A stretch of DNA of 64,000 bases from Negaprion brevirostris (lineage: Eukaryota). The notes under the pieces were generated by a model. It did not search any database. It was not told where the DNA came from and was given only the letters and a program-made list of their open reading frames with translations. The stretch's first letter is position 1. Every line of letters begins with the position of its first letter. Location: assembly GCA_030324005.1 (NCBI GenBank), contig JARDVH010000110.1, forward strand, positions 35,365,483 through 35,429,482, in the 5' to 3' direction. A program made the position numbers and the translations under genes. Shown here piece after piece: positions 1 through 11,920 of the stretch.

Positions 1-320
1 TAATATTCAATTTTATGCCCCAGATGGATCCCCGTGAGAGGTTCACGTCTGGGTGAATCTGTTGTAAACTACACCAATGTGATATGGTGTCAGTGTGGTT
101 TGAAAATATATCAGGGAGGGAACATTTGGCGGGGGAGGTGAAGTTAATTAGATTGGAATTTAAATGATTGAAGTGCATTAAAATGAGGTTCTTGCCCTGT
201 GTGGGCATAAACCTCACTATATCACCTGTTGGGGCTGGGAAAATCACATTTCCCGATTTCTTTAAGGATTTTTGGCCTGCATTGCTGTTTTCTCTGAATG
301 TGGCCTGAAAATCACTCCTA
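1..320. mobile_element. End of a non-autonomous Harbinger/PIF-like DNA element, truncated by the window start
   Basis: Ends in ...ctgaaaatcactcc, resembling the GGGxxxAATTTT-type termini of other MITEs in this window; no ORF. Confidence 0.4.
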
Positions 321-329
321 ATGTGCCAA

Positions 330-1340
330 TCTCTTGGTACAGGTGTGTATTGACATCAGTTGTTCAACCAGGTGATGCTTCTTGTCCGGAGAGTGTAGTT
401 CCCATTCTGCCTGTTGCTGTGGTGATTTGTTGTTTCATTGTGGTTGTTGGAAACATGTGGATCTCTGGGATTGATGGTAGTCATGTACTCAGTACAGTTG
501 ATGTGTTTCCTTCTCCCTGACCAGCTGATTGCTGTGAAGGAACAAGTTCACCAGTTGTTCCACTAAGCCTGCGTTTGTGCTGGTATATTTGGTCATTTCC
601 TTTCACTACATATAATCAAGATGACAATTTCTTTATTCGTGTCCCAAGTTTACATGTGGAATGACTGCTGTTGAGTGTTGAAGCTTTGTACCTTGTTTGG
701 TTCCTTGTGCTTTTCCAGGACTGCAGATTGATTCATCAAGAAGTCTTTCAAAATTGCAATTTCTTTGTGTGCCTTCTCTGCCTGGCTGTACATCTGGCTG
801 AGTTTTGTCAGTTTCCACTAACTGTGAAATTGAGGGTCGTTATTTCTTCCTGGTACCTTTGTGTCATCTCTGACTTTTGTTCTTTGTTGGTTCATTGGAG
901 ACTTCAGTTTATCATGCTTGGTGATGATCTTGTGGTTTACCTAAGTGTTGTCCCCCTTGTTCTGAGGGTCGATATTGTCTGGGATTTTCTGCCTCTTTTA
1001 GCGTCATTTCTTTGCCCTTTTTTCTTCATTGGCATGCTCAGGGTTACCAGCCCAAGCTTGAGACCTGTTTGAGCTGACATGGGTGGCCATTACATCCCAT
1101 CTATGACCTGAAAGTTGAGATCTTTTTTCATGACATTGCATTGGTTTCTGAAAAAAAAAGTTCCCCCTTGGTATGAGTATCACACTATTGTGTAGCCTCA
1201 ACCTCACATTCAAGGGTTTCATTTTCAGATCAAGATGTTGAATCACCTCCCTCAGATCTGTTTAGGTCATTATGTTGCGTGATACACCACTGTCCACCTG
1301 ACATTTCTGTTCGCTTGATACTGCTCCTCTTGGGTCATCA
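330..1340 (-). mobile_element. Decayed Gypsy/Ty3 LTR retrotransposon: protease plus integrase C-terminal remnant
   Basis: The minus strand near 1340-1270 reads MTQEEQYQANR then, frameshifted, KCQVDSGVSRNIMT (aspartyl protease D-S-G motif). It is followed by QHLDLKMKPLNVRLRLHNSVILIPRG. Near 620-570 is a YVVKGNDQIYQHKRR segment resembling the integrase-tail 'SY.V....YRRNRR' motif. Confidence 0.6.
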
Positions 1341-1670
1341 NNNNNNNNNNNNNNNNNNNNNNNNNNNNNNNNNNNNNNNNNNNNNNNNNNNNNNNNNNNN
1401 NNNNNNNNNNNNNNNNNNNNNNNNNNNNNNNNNNNNNNNNNNNNNNNNNNNNNNNNNNNNNNNNNNNNNNNNNNNNNNNNNNNNNNNNNNNNNNNNNNNN
1501 NNNNNNNNNNNNNNNNNNNNNNNNNNNNNNNNNNNNNNNNNNNNNNNNNNNNNNNNNNNNNNNNNNNNNNNNNNNNNNNNNNNNNNNNNNNNNNNNNNNN
1601 NNNNNNNNNNNNNNNNNNNNNNNNNNNNNNNNNNNNNNNNNNNNNNNNNNNNNNNNNNNNNNNNNNNNNT

Positions 1671-2556
1671 TGGGCAGTGGGAGATTCTTGTGTTGGTCAG
1701 TTCGTGTGAGCATTTGCGTCCTGCTTGCGTCTCCCAGTGCCAGATTTCCAGCGGCATCTGCTCCGCACCGTAAACCTGCAGGGAGGCACAAAGACCATTT
1801 ATGTGGCCATTGTAATATAATTCAAATATGATTAGCGCGGATCTGGGACTGAAGTCTCTGGCCCCGCTAGCATCTCCCACTCCGCCAAAGTATTTCACTC
1901 CACTTTTGGAGAAATATTGGCCCGACCCTGCTGGAGTGAAAGTGGGGCAATCGGGGGCCCCCAGAGGGTCTGGCGGTGGGACGGGGGCCCTGGGCATTGG
2001 CACTCTGCAGTGCCAGCCTGTTCTCCCTGGCACTGCCCTAGGGACAATGTGTCAATGCCCAAGGAGCACTTTGGCACTCAACATCAGCGTGGGACCTAGG
2101 GGGCAGGGCCTAGGAAATGGTCGATGGGGTTTGGGGGTCCCTCTGTCACTCTGCATAAGGATCGGTGGGGGAAGCAGGGAGGCCAGTGATTGAGGTGGGC
2201 CGGTCACATGGCGGGGGCTCGGTCCTGAGGGTTGCTAGAAAATGCAGCAGGCTGGGAGGGCGGTGGGAGGGTGTATCAGGGCTAGGCCTAGAAATGGTTG
2301 GGGAGACAAGCGATCGGGCTGTGAAGAGACATTATGGGGGTCATGGAGCTGGCCAGTGATCGGGAGGCCATCAGCACACGTGCAGTGGCCCACTCAGTGC
2401 GCTGATTTCAATCACTGCAACAGGGATAGGATCCACCCCCTGAAACGTTCATGCTGGTGGGTGTGGGAGACTCATCTCTGAATTCCCACTGAAAAAAAAA
2501 GCGTAAATTACTCCAGTTTTCACTCAGATTCGACACTTATCTTTGGGATAATTGTC
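1671..2556. mobile_element. Non-autonomous Harbinger-like element inserted within the Gypsy relic
   Basis: GC-rich non-coding block with a terminus-like ...cttatctttgggataattgtc end. It separates gag (2555-2860) from protease (<1340); its left end is lost in the gap. Confidence 0.5.
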
Positions 2557-2860
2557 GTGTTGAATACATAGCATTCATACATAATATTTCCTCTGGATTC
2601 AAAATATGCATTCAAACCTCTGCCACTTTTTTTTGTTGAGTCTTTGATTAGATTTAGAGTACTATACACTTTGTAGCAGTGTTTTTTCAGCAGTATTAGG
2701 AACATGGCTACTATTATCAGTTCAGCCGTGTTAATTAAGTCTGTTGCAATCTCAGTTTTGCCAACGTAAACGAGGAAAAAACAATCAATTTTAACCACAT
2801 GTCACATTTCATGTTTAGTAGAGCTGAGATTGGAAAAGTTACTCCAGCCACCGCTCTGAC
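2555..2860 (-). mobile_element. Gypsy gag N-terminal remnant
   Basis: ORF 2520-2798 contains EIATDL...VAMFL...CYKVYSTLNL...LNAYFESRGNIMYECYVFNT, matching the Gypsy gag pattern YEIATGL...VATLL...LEAYF.P..N..YERY.F. Confidence 0.7.
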
Positions 2861-3177
2861 TCAGGATTTTTCTTGTGGCTTTTGTTTGCTTTCTTCTTGT
2901 CCTTTTTGTGTTTTCTTTTCCTTTCTCCTTATTTCTATAATTTTTATTGCTACAGGTTTGAACTTTTTCTTTGTACCTGTCTGAGCTGTCTCTTCTTGGT
3001 CTCCAGTATTTTACTCACAGCCATTGTCTGTTTGTCATTTGTTCTTTTTCAGCAGGTTTTACATTTTGCAGATTCGAACCTTTTACTGTGCAACCAGGTT
3101 TTAAATGTCTTCTCTGCAGCATTTGCAGGATTTAAGAGTCTATCTCCAATTCTGGGCACTATGTTTCAGGACATACA

Positions 3178-3367
3178 ATCATAGAAACCCTACAGTGCAT
3201 AAAGAGGCTATTTGGCCCATCAAGTCTGTGCCAACCACAATCCTACCTAGGCCCTATCCCCATGTCCCTACATATTTACCAGCTAATCCCTCTAATCTAC
3301 GCATCTCAGGACACTAAGGGGCAATTTTAGCATGGCCAATCAACCTAACCCGCACATTTTTGGATTG
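3178..3367 (-). mobile_element. V-SINE (HE1-like), 3' part
   Basis: Reverse complement of the gttaggttgattggccatgctaaattgccccttagtgtc core plus a CR1-type ...ttctatga tail; same family as 14883-15176. Confidence 0.85.
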
Positions 3368-3409
3368 ATACATGTGATACACCAATCTTTGATCACATGT
3401 TTAAGGACT

Positions 3410-4115
3410 CAGAATATAGTGTTCAATTCTGGTCACACTACCAGAAGGATGTGGAGGCTTTGGAGAGGGTACAGAAAAGATTTACAGGGGTGTTGCCTGG
3501 TATGGAGGTCATCAGGAGAGGTTGGAGAAACTTGGTTTCTTCCCACTGGAACAGTGGAGGGTGAGGGGTGACCTGATAGATGTNNNNNNNNNNNNNNNNN
3601 NNNNNNNNNNNNNNNNNNNNNNNNNNNNNNNNNNNNNNNNNNNNNNNNNNNNNNNNNNNNNNNNNNNNNNNNNNNNNNNNNNNGGAGAGGTTGGAGAAAC
3701 TTGGTTTCTTCCCACTGGAACAGTGGAGGTTGAGGGGTGACCTGATAGATGTCTATAAGATTATGAGAGGCATGGACAGAGTGGATAGTCAGAAGCTTTT
3801 TCCCAGGGTGGAAGAGTTAATTACTAGGAGACATAGGTTTAAGGTGCGAGGGGCAAGGTTTAAAAGAGGTGTACAGTGTACAAGGCAGATTTTTTACACA
3901 TAGTGGGTACCTGGAACTCGTTGCTGGGGAGGTAGTGGAAGTGGATATAGTAGTGACTTTCAAGGGGCGTCTTGACAAATACATGTTTAAGATGTAATAG
4001 AGCGATATGGTTCTTGGAAGGGTAGGGTGTTTTAGTTCAGTCAGGCAGCATGGTCGGAGGAGGCTTGGAGAGCTGAAGGACCTGTTCCTGTGCTATAATT
4101 TTCTTTGTTCTTTGT
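3410..4115 (+). mobile_element. CR1 LINE 3' fragment (RT C-terminus and 3' UTR)
   Basis: Translates ERLEKLGFFPLEQWRLRGDLIDVYKIMRGMDRVDSQKLFP...TRRHRFKVRG; ends in a ttctttgttctttgtt tail. Confidence 0.92.
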
Positions 4116-4439
4116 TGACAGCTATGCTTCATCCATGTGTGTCTCCATAAGCGGCTTTATTGAACTGGTCAGTCTACAGTGAGCTTTCCTCATGCCAGAT
4201 TACAGCAAGTCAGGCCTACCATCAGACTGATTACATTTCACAATCTAAGCAATATTTTAAAAATTCATAACCTAGTCATGGTATTATACAATTCTATTGT
4301 TAATGTTTCTTAGGTTAATAAATGAGAGAGAAACAAAATTATTAACTAGATATGCTCATCCTCATTTCATTTTTCCCTTTTACATTTTTCTCTATGTGCA
4401 CAATTCATGACTTCTTTGACCACAGATTTTTTTTCTCTA

Positions 4440-4762
4440 ATTAGGGTCTTGGAACTTGATTGACTGATAGGGGAGGACCTGTTTCTATTGGCGGAAAGGT
4501 CGAGAACCAAAGGATCTATTTAAAATGATTGCCAAAAAAAGCAACAGTGGCATAACAAAAAAAAACTTTTTTATGCAGCATGTTGTTAGGATCTGGAGTG
4601 CCTGAGAGTGGGACGTAGGTAGATTGAATCTAGGCCTTCAAAAGAGAATTGATATTCTGGGGAAAATACAAGGTGAGTTGCTCTTCCTGAGATCCAGTAC
4701 AAAAATACTACACACCAAATTGTTTCCTTTTTTGCTGTAGCCATTCTATGATTCTATTCTAT
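4440..4762 (+). mobile_element. Old CR1 3' fragment
   Basis: Degenerate LFLLAERSRTKG...FFMQHVVRIW; ends in an attctatgattctat tail. Confidence 0.7.
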
Positions 4763-5919
4763 AATTGAACAGCACTGAAAGTTTCTACTAACAAATGCTC
4801 TGTTTGAATTTCTACATGCAAGTCATGCTTTTACTTTTAAATTGTAGGGCTGTATTTTATTATGCCTGTGGTAAAACGTGTTTCATGTTGGTTAGTCCAT
4901 AGTCTTGGTTTTAACTATATGTGAGTTCCCACCTTTCTAATCCAGTAAGGGCCATACCAGATTTTAATTACCAGCATTCATTTCAAGTTGCTAAATTTAA
5001 ATTTCAATAGTTGACTTGCATCCCATGTGGGGAACTCATGCACTCTTGTCCTCCTGGCCCCACGAAAAGAGGTTATTTTTTTTATGCAAACAATTTAAAA
5101 TCTTGCCTTTTTGGGTCTTGATTGAATCAAAAGTGTCTGACTGTGTACCCACAGTTCAAAATCTGGAATGCCAGTGGGTAAAGCTAACAGCCTACCATAG
5201 AAACTTAGTCTATTTTTAACTTTGTAAATCTCCCTTTTATATGTTCACTATTTCCAGGTGTCTTGCCTACCTAACAGGTCAGGATGAATGGCAAGGGTTG
5301 TGTTCCTTTGTATCCACCAGCTGACTGGTGTATCACAGCAGTCCGATGTGACCCACTTTTATTCTAATTCCCAATTCCTTCAGTTGAAACCCTTGAACTT
5401 TCATTCTGCTCCATCCCTGGGTGCCAGACCTGAAATTTAGAGCTAGCCATGTGAAGGATTCCATATATAAAGCTACATTTTAGTACTCTGATGCACTGCA
5501 TTGGAACTCTAATATATTTTGCTAGGCTTGATTCTTTTTAATTTTTTTTGAATCACATAAAATAATCTTGGAGAAGACTATTTTTGGCTTATTGTACTTA
5601 TCTGGCAGAAAATAACATCACAAGTGTAGAATGCACATGGCAAAAAAAGCACTGTTGAATAATGGTGTCGTTGTACACTGCTGCATTTCTCCTTTTGTTC
5701 CAAGTAAATTAGCTGTTCAGGGCAAGATTATCGTAGAGCTTTAAAACTATAAAGATTCCTTTTCATTTTGATTTTGGCTCCACATTATTTTTAATGAAAA
5801 TTAAATCCACTATTGTGTTCTTGGTCTAAGTATCCCATAGAATTACTGCAGTGTTTCTTCCCATGATGCACATTGATGGTTATGCTTATCTTGAGTGAAG
5901 CATTTTCATAATATAAAGT

Positions 5920-6180
5920 ATATGGTTTACATTGCACCTTATCTTGTTTCAGAAATATCCCAAAGCACTTTACGTAGAATAATTTTCTTTAAAGTGCGGC
6001 CACAAATGTCAAACACATGACGTGCACAGCAAGATCACATGAATAATAATAGAAATTTTGACACGTTATTCATTTTTTATTGACTTGATTGTGGGAGTAT
6101 TGTTGGCAGAAATGCAGGGAGAACACTTATGCTGTGAATAGTGTCACAGGTGTTTAACTTTAGATTCTTCCCAATACCTT
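5920..6180 (-). mobile_element. DeuSINE (SacSINE1/AmnSINE-like) remnant
   Basis: Reverse complement of the Deu-domain and tail (atcccaaagcactttac...gtgcacagcaagatc...); similar to 63510-63830. Confidence 0.6.
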
Positions 6181-9100
6181 TCACTCATGCATAATGTAAA
6201 ATCAGCTTCCAGCATCTTCAGCCTTGTGTTTCTGATATGAACCAGCACTTAGCTTTCGTGTCATGGAGCTAACAGTGAATCTTCTTAGCACTGGGTGTTC
6301 CCTGCTGCCCACTGTATTCTTCTGATCTCTATCCACCGGCATAAACACCATGCTGGCAGGCTGCAGGGTATCAGCAAAAGTTAATTCAGGTTATCTGTGA
6401 AATGATAAATTAGCATGCAAGAATAGGAATACAGAGTTTAATTTCTAGCTGGTACTTTTCTATTTACTTTCTGACTCCAGAATAGCAACAATCTTTTGAG
6501 CTTTCTGTATTATGCCCTCAGTGTCCTGACTTAATGCAGCAAGTCTGAGATAAAACTGTCAACTAAACCACTAAATCTTTGTATCACCAAAGAACTATCA
6601 ATTATAATCAAAACAGAGGCATAATGGTGGTAAACCATGTTGGTGTGCATCAAGCCAGAACTTGGCAAACCTGGAAAAGTAAAAGTGAACAAAGCTCACT
6701 GTGCAGCTGACCTATTAGTACAACACATTGGTGATGAATATTCCCAGTCTATTGGCAACTGGGCTGAGAAGTGGGAGATCTGGAAAAAAAATGTGAAGGG
6801 AGTTATTGGAAGAAGTATCTTGTTGTTACCACTTCATATTGCCAGCCATCAGGTGGCTGACAGAGCCATTTAAGTCACGGGGGTGGTGTTGGTTGGAGGG
6901 GAGGACAGTGGTGGGTGGCAGGTGTGAGGATTGGAGGTGCTGGCAGCTGCTGCATGGAGTGACCAACAAATAAACCCTGGTGACATCCCAGTGGATTCTG
7001 TGTGTGGGTGGGGCATACTTTTGTGGGCACTGTATGGTTGACTAAGGGGCCTTCACATGACAATGGCCACCTTCGCAGCAGCACCTCCCCTCCCCACCCC
7101 CCCCCCACCNNNNNNNNNNNNNNNNNNNNNNNNNNNNNNNNNNNNNNNNNNNNNNNNNNNNNNNNNNNNNNNNNNNNNNNNNNNNNNNNNNNNNNNNNNN
7201 NNNNNNNNNNNNNNNNNNNNNNNNNNNNNNNNNNNNNNNNNNNNNNNNNNNNNNNNNNNNNNNNNNNNNNNNNNNNNNNNNNNNNNNNNNNNNNNNNNNN
7301 NNNNNNNNNNNNNNNNNNNNNNNNNNNNNNNNNNNNNNNNNNNNNNNNNNNNNNNNNNNNNNNNNNNNNNNNNNNNNNNNNNNNNNNNNNNNNNNNNNNN
7401 NNNNNNNNNNNNNNNNNNNNNNNNNNNNNNNNNNNNNNNNNNNNNNNNNNNNNNNNNNNNNNNNNNNNNNNNNNNNNNNNNNNNNNNNNNNNNNNNNNNN
7501 NNNNNNNNNNNNNNNNNNNNNNNNNNNNNNNNNNNNNNNNNNNNNNNNNNNNNNNNNNNNNNNNNNNNNNNNNNNNNNNNNNNNNNNNNNNNNNNNNNNN
7601 NNNNNNNNNNNNNNNNNNNNNNNNNNNNNNNNNNNNNNNNNNNNNNNNNNNNNNNNNNNNNNNNNNNNNNNNNNNNNNNNNNNNNNNNNNNNNNNNNNNN
7701 NNNNNNNNNNNNNNNNNNNNNNNNNNNNNNNNNNNNNNNNNNNNNNNNNNCTCCCAGCCCCTCAAACTCAATCAATAATAAATTACGAGCTCTGGCTTCC
7801 ACCAACCAAATCTTTCCCTCTTCAATGGTACTACGCTGCTGAGGTATCTTCTCCCTGATGTTGCAGCCTCAGCAATGGCCACCTCCAGTAGAGGTTTTTG
7901 TGAGTGTGCTACTGTCATTAATTGGATAACAGTTTTGACAACGGATTCTTTAATTAACTGCTGCAAACAATATAGCACATCAGATTCCGCTGCTGGCTCA
8001 GGTGGGGTCAGCAACTCCATTACTGCGCAGGTGATCACCTGTAAAATTGAGCTCAATATCTCCTTATTGGTCAATCCTGACATTAAACAACCTGCATTGT
8101 TTTCTTATACAGAAACTAATCCCTTCTCAGCTGATGGTTTCAAGAGAAGGGATCAAGTTCATTTGAACATAAAAATCCGTTTGGTTGTTTCTTACATTAA
8201 AATGTGAAAACTGAGAATTAAATTTACAAAAAACTATATAAATACCCAAATGATTGAAGAAAGGAAAATCCGTACTCTGTGACAATGATATTTTTAGCAT
8301 CTGTTGGAACAGTAGAGAGGCATCCCCTATTTCATAGCTAATCTGTAGAATGATGGCTCTGGTGATGCAGCAGGCCTTTAACATAGATTTAACTCTGAGG
8401 GGAAATTCTTCCTCTTGGATGCTGCAACCACAGAGTCTCACCAGTAGGCAAGAAATTGTCCCTATCTGGCTTATCGCACTAATGGCTGGAAAACTGTGGG
8501 CTGTGTGTGTATGATGCCTCATTAGACACATCTGGTCAGCAAAGCCTTTGTGAGAGGAGCACACAAGTAGTAAACTTACCCTTAGATGCTCAAATCCTGT
8601 TATGGGGTTNNNNNNNNNNNNNNNNNNNNNNNNNNNNNNNNNNNNNNNNNNNNNNNNNNNNNNNNNNNNNNNNNNNNNNNNNNNNNNNNNNNNNNNNNNN
8701 NNNNNNNNNTGGGGTTTAAAAATAGAACTTTGTGCTGAGATGATATATTATCAATGCACCACACATGCAGGATTTCATTTTGGTTTATTGCGAGCGTAGT
8801 GAAATTTTAAAATCAATGGCTAGAATTTGCTGCTGTTTAATGGCATAAAAGTGAACTCTATCTGGATAGATGAGATCTAGATAGCATCTTTTGCTCTCCT
8901 CCCCCTGGAAGAGGTGAATGATGGGATTTTATCAGCTGTACTAAGTTCTGGTGATCTGCACCAATTGCTTCTTATGCACTGTACGTTCCACTTTAGCTCT
9001 TTTTAAGAAAGGAGCTTGTACTTGCATAGCTTTTTTTCATGCCTTCAAGAAGTGCTTGCTGGCACAGGCATGATGGACTGAAATGCCGCCTGTTGTAGTA

Positions 9101-9439
9101 TATGATTCTCAAATGGAATTTTTAAAACTATTGTCCACAAGCAGTAATTGATAGCAACTAGAACCCTGGAACCTCTGCATTGCAGAAGGAAGCCACTTGA
9201 CCCATCAAGTCTGTACCGACTCTTCAAAAGAGCNNNNNNNNNNTCATCTTACCCCACCCCTAAACTGGAAACAGGTATTGTTCTTACTTAATTAAAAGTT
9301 ATCCCTGTAGATACAAATACAAGACTGGTAAAATGTAAATTAATATTACAGATATGCACTTTCAGACAGATTTTTTAAGCACATTTGGTAACTGTTTTAT
9401 TTAAATAACTATTTTTTCACTATTTCTGCCTTCTGACAT

Positions 9440-9730
9440 ATAGGATTTGCACTCCTTTAATTCAGGTCAACTTGATCATCACTCCATCCATGATGGTTGT
9501 GCTTCTAGCTCTCAGGGCTCTAAACGCTGGATCTTCCTCCCTTAAACTCTTGACCTCTCTCTCTCTCTCCTCCTTTAAGATGCTGGTTTAAACCTACCCC
9601 TTTAATGAGGTTATTGGTTATCTACCCTACTAATTCATATATGTAGCTCAGTATCAATCTACTCTACTAACCCATATATGGAGCTCAATTTTGCTTCTCG
9701 CAAACGACCTTGAGATGTTTGGTAGGTGAA
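9440..9730 (+). mobile_element. L2 LINE 3' end
   Basis: cctcccttaaactc...tcctcctttaagatgct...aaacctac...gaccttgagatgtt resembles the L2 ORF2 end and 3' UTR. Confidence 0.5.
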
Positions 9731-10774
9731 GTTCCAGAACACCAACTTTGAGAATGTGTCATTAGTGGTGCAATGCATGGAACAAGCTTTGTCATTCCTG
9801 GGAAAATATTGAAAACAAGAAACATGGAATGTTTGTCTTGCCATTTGAAAACAAATGTAGCATGTCAGTACAGCCAGCCACATTTCAATTGTACGAGCTG
9901 GCACTGAGGGCACTATGGTAAGATTCAGGCATCCAGGATGCAGACAACAGAAGCTTTTGGTTGAGTTTCCTGATCTCTTTTAAATATGAGCAACAACATT
10001 TCTTAAAGTCTGCTAACTTTCTTGGGTCACCATCAGTGGTAGGTCAGTGTTAAAATCCCTGGAGCAAGCTCATGCCTGACAGCAGCATTGATTTATAAAT
10101 CTGATCCATAGAGATTTCCTGATTTCATTTTTCCATCCCAGTAAAGCTTAACCTTTTGCACCATTTCTATGCTATCGTTTCAGTTAACATATCAAAAAAA
10201 AACATTTTGCACTTCAGAGCTGAATGCTGGCTTTACCCAAGTGGATATTATTTACCATGCTATCTGTCAGATCTGGCCCTCGTCACATAGTGCAGCAGAA
10301 TTACTACCCCACCATAGTTCTTTTAAAGGAAAGAGCCTGCATTTACCCAACTCCTTTTTAGTGTCCCTATCTACTAGTTACTGCCAATTTAGTACCTTCA
10401 ATGAAGCATTTGCACTACTTTGTAGAAAACATTATGGCTAATTAAATCATTTGGGTTATTGGACACTACAACTGCTTTTTAAGTTACTGTTATAAGCAAA
10501 AACATAAGTCACTCTGTGTTCAGTTGTTTGGTCAAAGGCCGTAGATGAAAAGCAGTCAACAATTTCAAATTATTTTGTATTTGTAACAAAATGCCCAAAG
10601 TTGTTTTGGTCTAGTAGAACCAGAGGAAGACCTGGGGATTCATTAACAGTGCACAGGGAATATCAGGACATTGGAGGAATTGACAGACGGAGAAATCTTG
10701 AACTTTCATAGCATTGGAGAAAGATTATTATGTTTGGCACAATTGTAAAAGAAATAGATTTTGGGGTTTACCAG

Positions 10775-11367
10775 GAATCACAGAATCCCTGTAGTGCAGA
10801 AGATGGCCATTTGGCTCATTGAGTCTGCACTGACCACAATCCAACCCAGGCCCTATCCCCGTAACCCCACATATTTACCCTGCTAACCCCCTGACACTAG
10901 GGTCAATCAACCTAACCTGCACATCTTTGGAATGTGGGAGGAAACCAGAGGTAGTTTGCTTCCGTACCGGAAGTTAGGCGAGGGGATAGTCGGTAAGGGG
11001 GAGCGGGGGGTATAAATCGGATACTCACCCGGGGANNNNNNNNNNNNNNNNNNNNNNNNNNNNNNNNNNNNNNNNNNNNNNNNNNNNNNNNNNNNNNNNN
11101 NNNNNNNNNNNNNNNNNNNNNNNNNNNNNNNNNNNCCATTCGTAGACACGAAGGGTAGAATAGGTGTAGGGTGATGGCGGCGCGGGCTCGTTGGGCCGAA
11201 GGGCCTGTTTCCTGTGCCGGGTTGTTCTTTGTTCACCCAGAGGAAACCCATACAGACATGGGGAAAATGTGCAAGCTCCACCCAGACAGTGACCCAAGGA
11301 CAGAATTGAACCCGGGTCCTTGGCACAGTGAGGCAGCAGTGTTAACCACTGTGCCACCATACTGCCC
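10775..11367 (-). mobile_element. Full-length V-SINE interrupted by a younger insertion
   Basis: tRNA head (reverse complement gggcagtatggtggcacagtggttaacactgctgcctcac) at 11330-11367, V core and CR1-like tail at ~10780. It is split at 10951-11233. Confidence 0.9.
10951..11233 (+). mobile_element. Young CpG-rich CR1-tailed insertion spanning an N gap
   Basis: 3' end ggcgcgggctcgttgggccgaagggcctgtttcctgtgc...gttctttgtt is a CR1-type tail with intact CpGs. It sits between ccagag and cacccagagg of the host SINE. Confidence 0.75.
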
Positions 11368-11679
11368 AATGTTAGGAAAGAGCTGTTGGAGTTCAGTAGC
11401 ATGGGAGGAAAATACTAAAGTGCAGCAGAGATGTTAACAACTGTATAATTGAATAAGTGAGAAACTTAATTCATGGCTGGCTATTCTTCCAGTATTTAAA
11501 TGGAATTTAACATTGTGATCTGCCATGCCCACGCTTGAAGTGTGCTGCATGTCATATTGTTAACGGCAGCTGTTAGTTATCCATGCTTCCATAAGTAAGT
11601 AAATTAACATCCTATGTTGATTGTAGGACCATGAATGTGAAATTCATGTACAAAGTACTCCAGTGGATTGGCTTGAACT

Positions 11680-11920
11680 AAACCATTGTGCTCAGTTTTG
11701 AGCACCAAATTTTAGCTCTAACGTAAAGGCTTTCGGGAGTCTTTGGAAAAGATTTACAAGGGTGGTGCCAGGGATGAGACTTCAGTTATGAGGATAGATT
11801 GGTGTGAAGCTGGGGCTGGTCCTCTTTAGGGAAGAGAATATGGGAGCAGATTTGATGAAAATATTTAAAATTGTGAAGGGTCTGGAAAGAGCAGATGGGG
11901 AGAAACTGCTTCCATTAGCG
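11680..11920 (+). mobile_element. CR1 RT C-terminal fragment
   Basis: KLGLVLFREENMGADLMKIFKIVKGLERADGEKLLPL (ORF 11804). Confidence 0.8.

Noticed and set aside
3517-3752. Direct repeats flanking ~100-N gaps (3517-3583 vs 3684-3750; also 57415-57454 vs 57556-57595 and ~17198-17225 vs 17327-17350)
   Set aside because: Near-identical sequence on both sides of a standard-size gap indicates overlapping contig ends, not biological duplication or TSDs.
6875-7842. Long ORFs of 160-300 aa in the track (also 1270-2033, 38084-38590, 41866-42650)
   Set aside because: They are open only because they run through N gaps or low-complexity DNA.
8127-8564. 145-aa gap-free minus-strand ORF
   Set aside because: No recognisable domain and no clear splice boundaries; length is compatible with chance.
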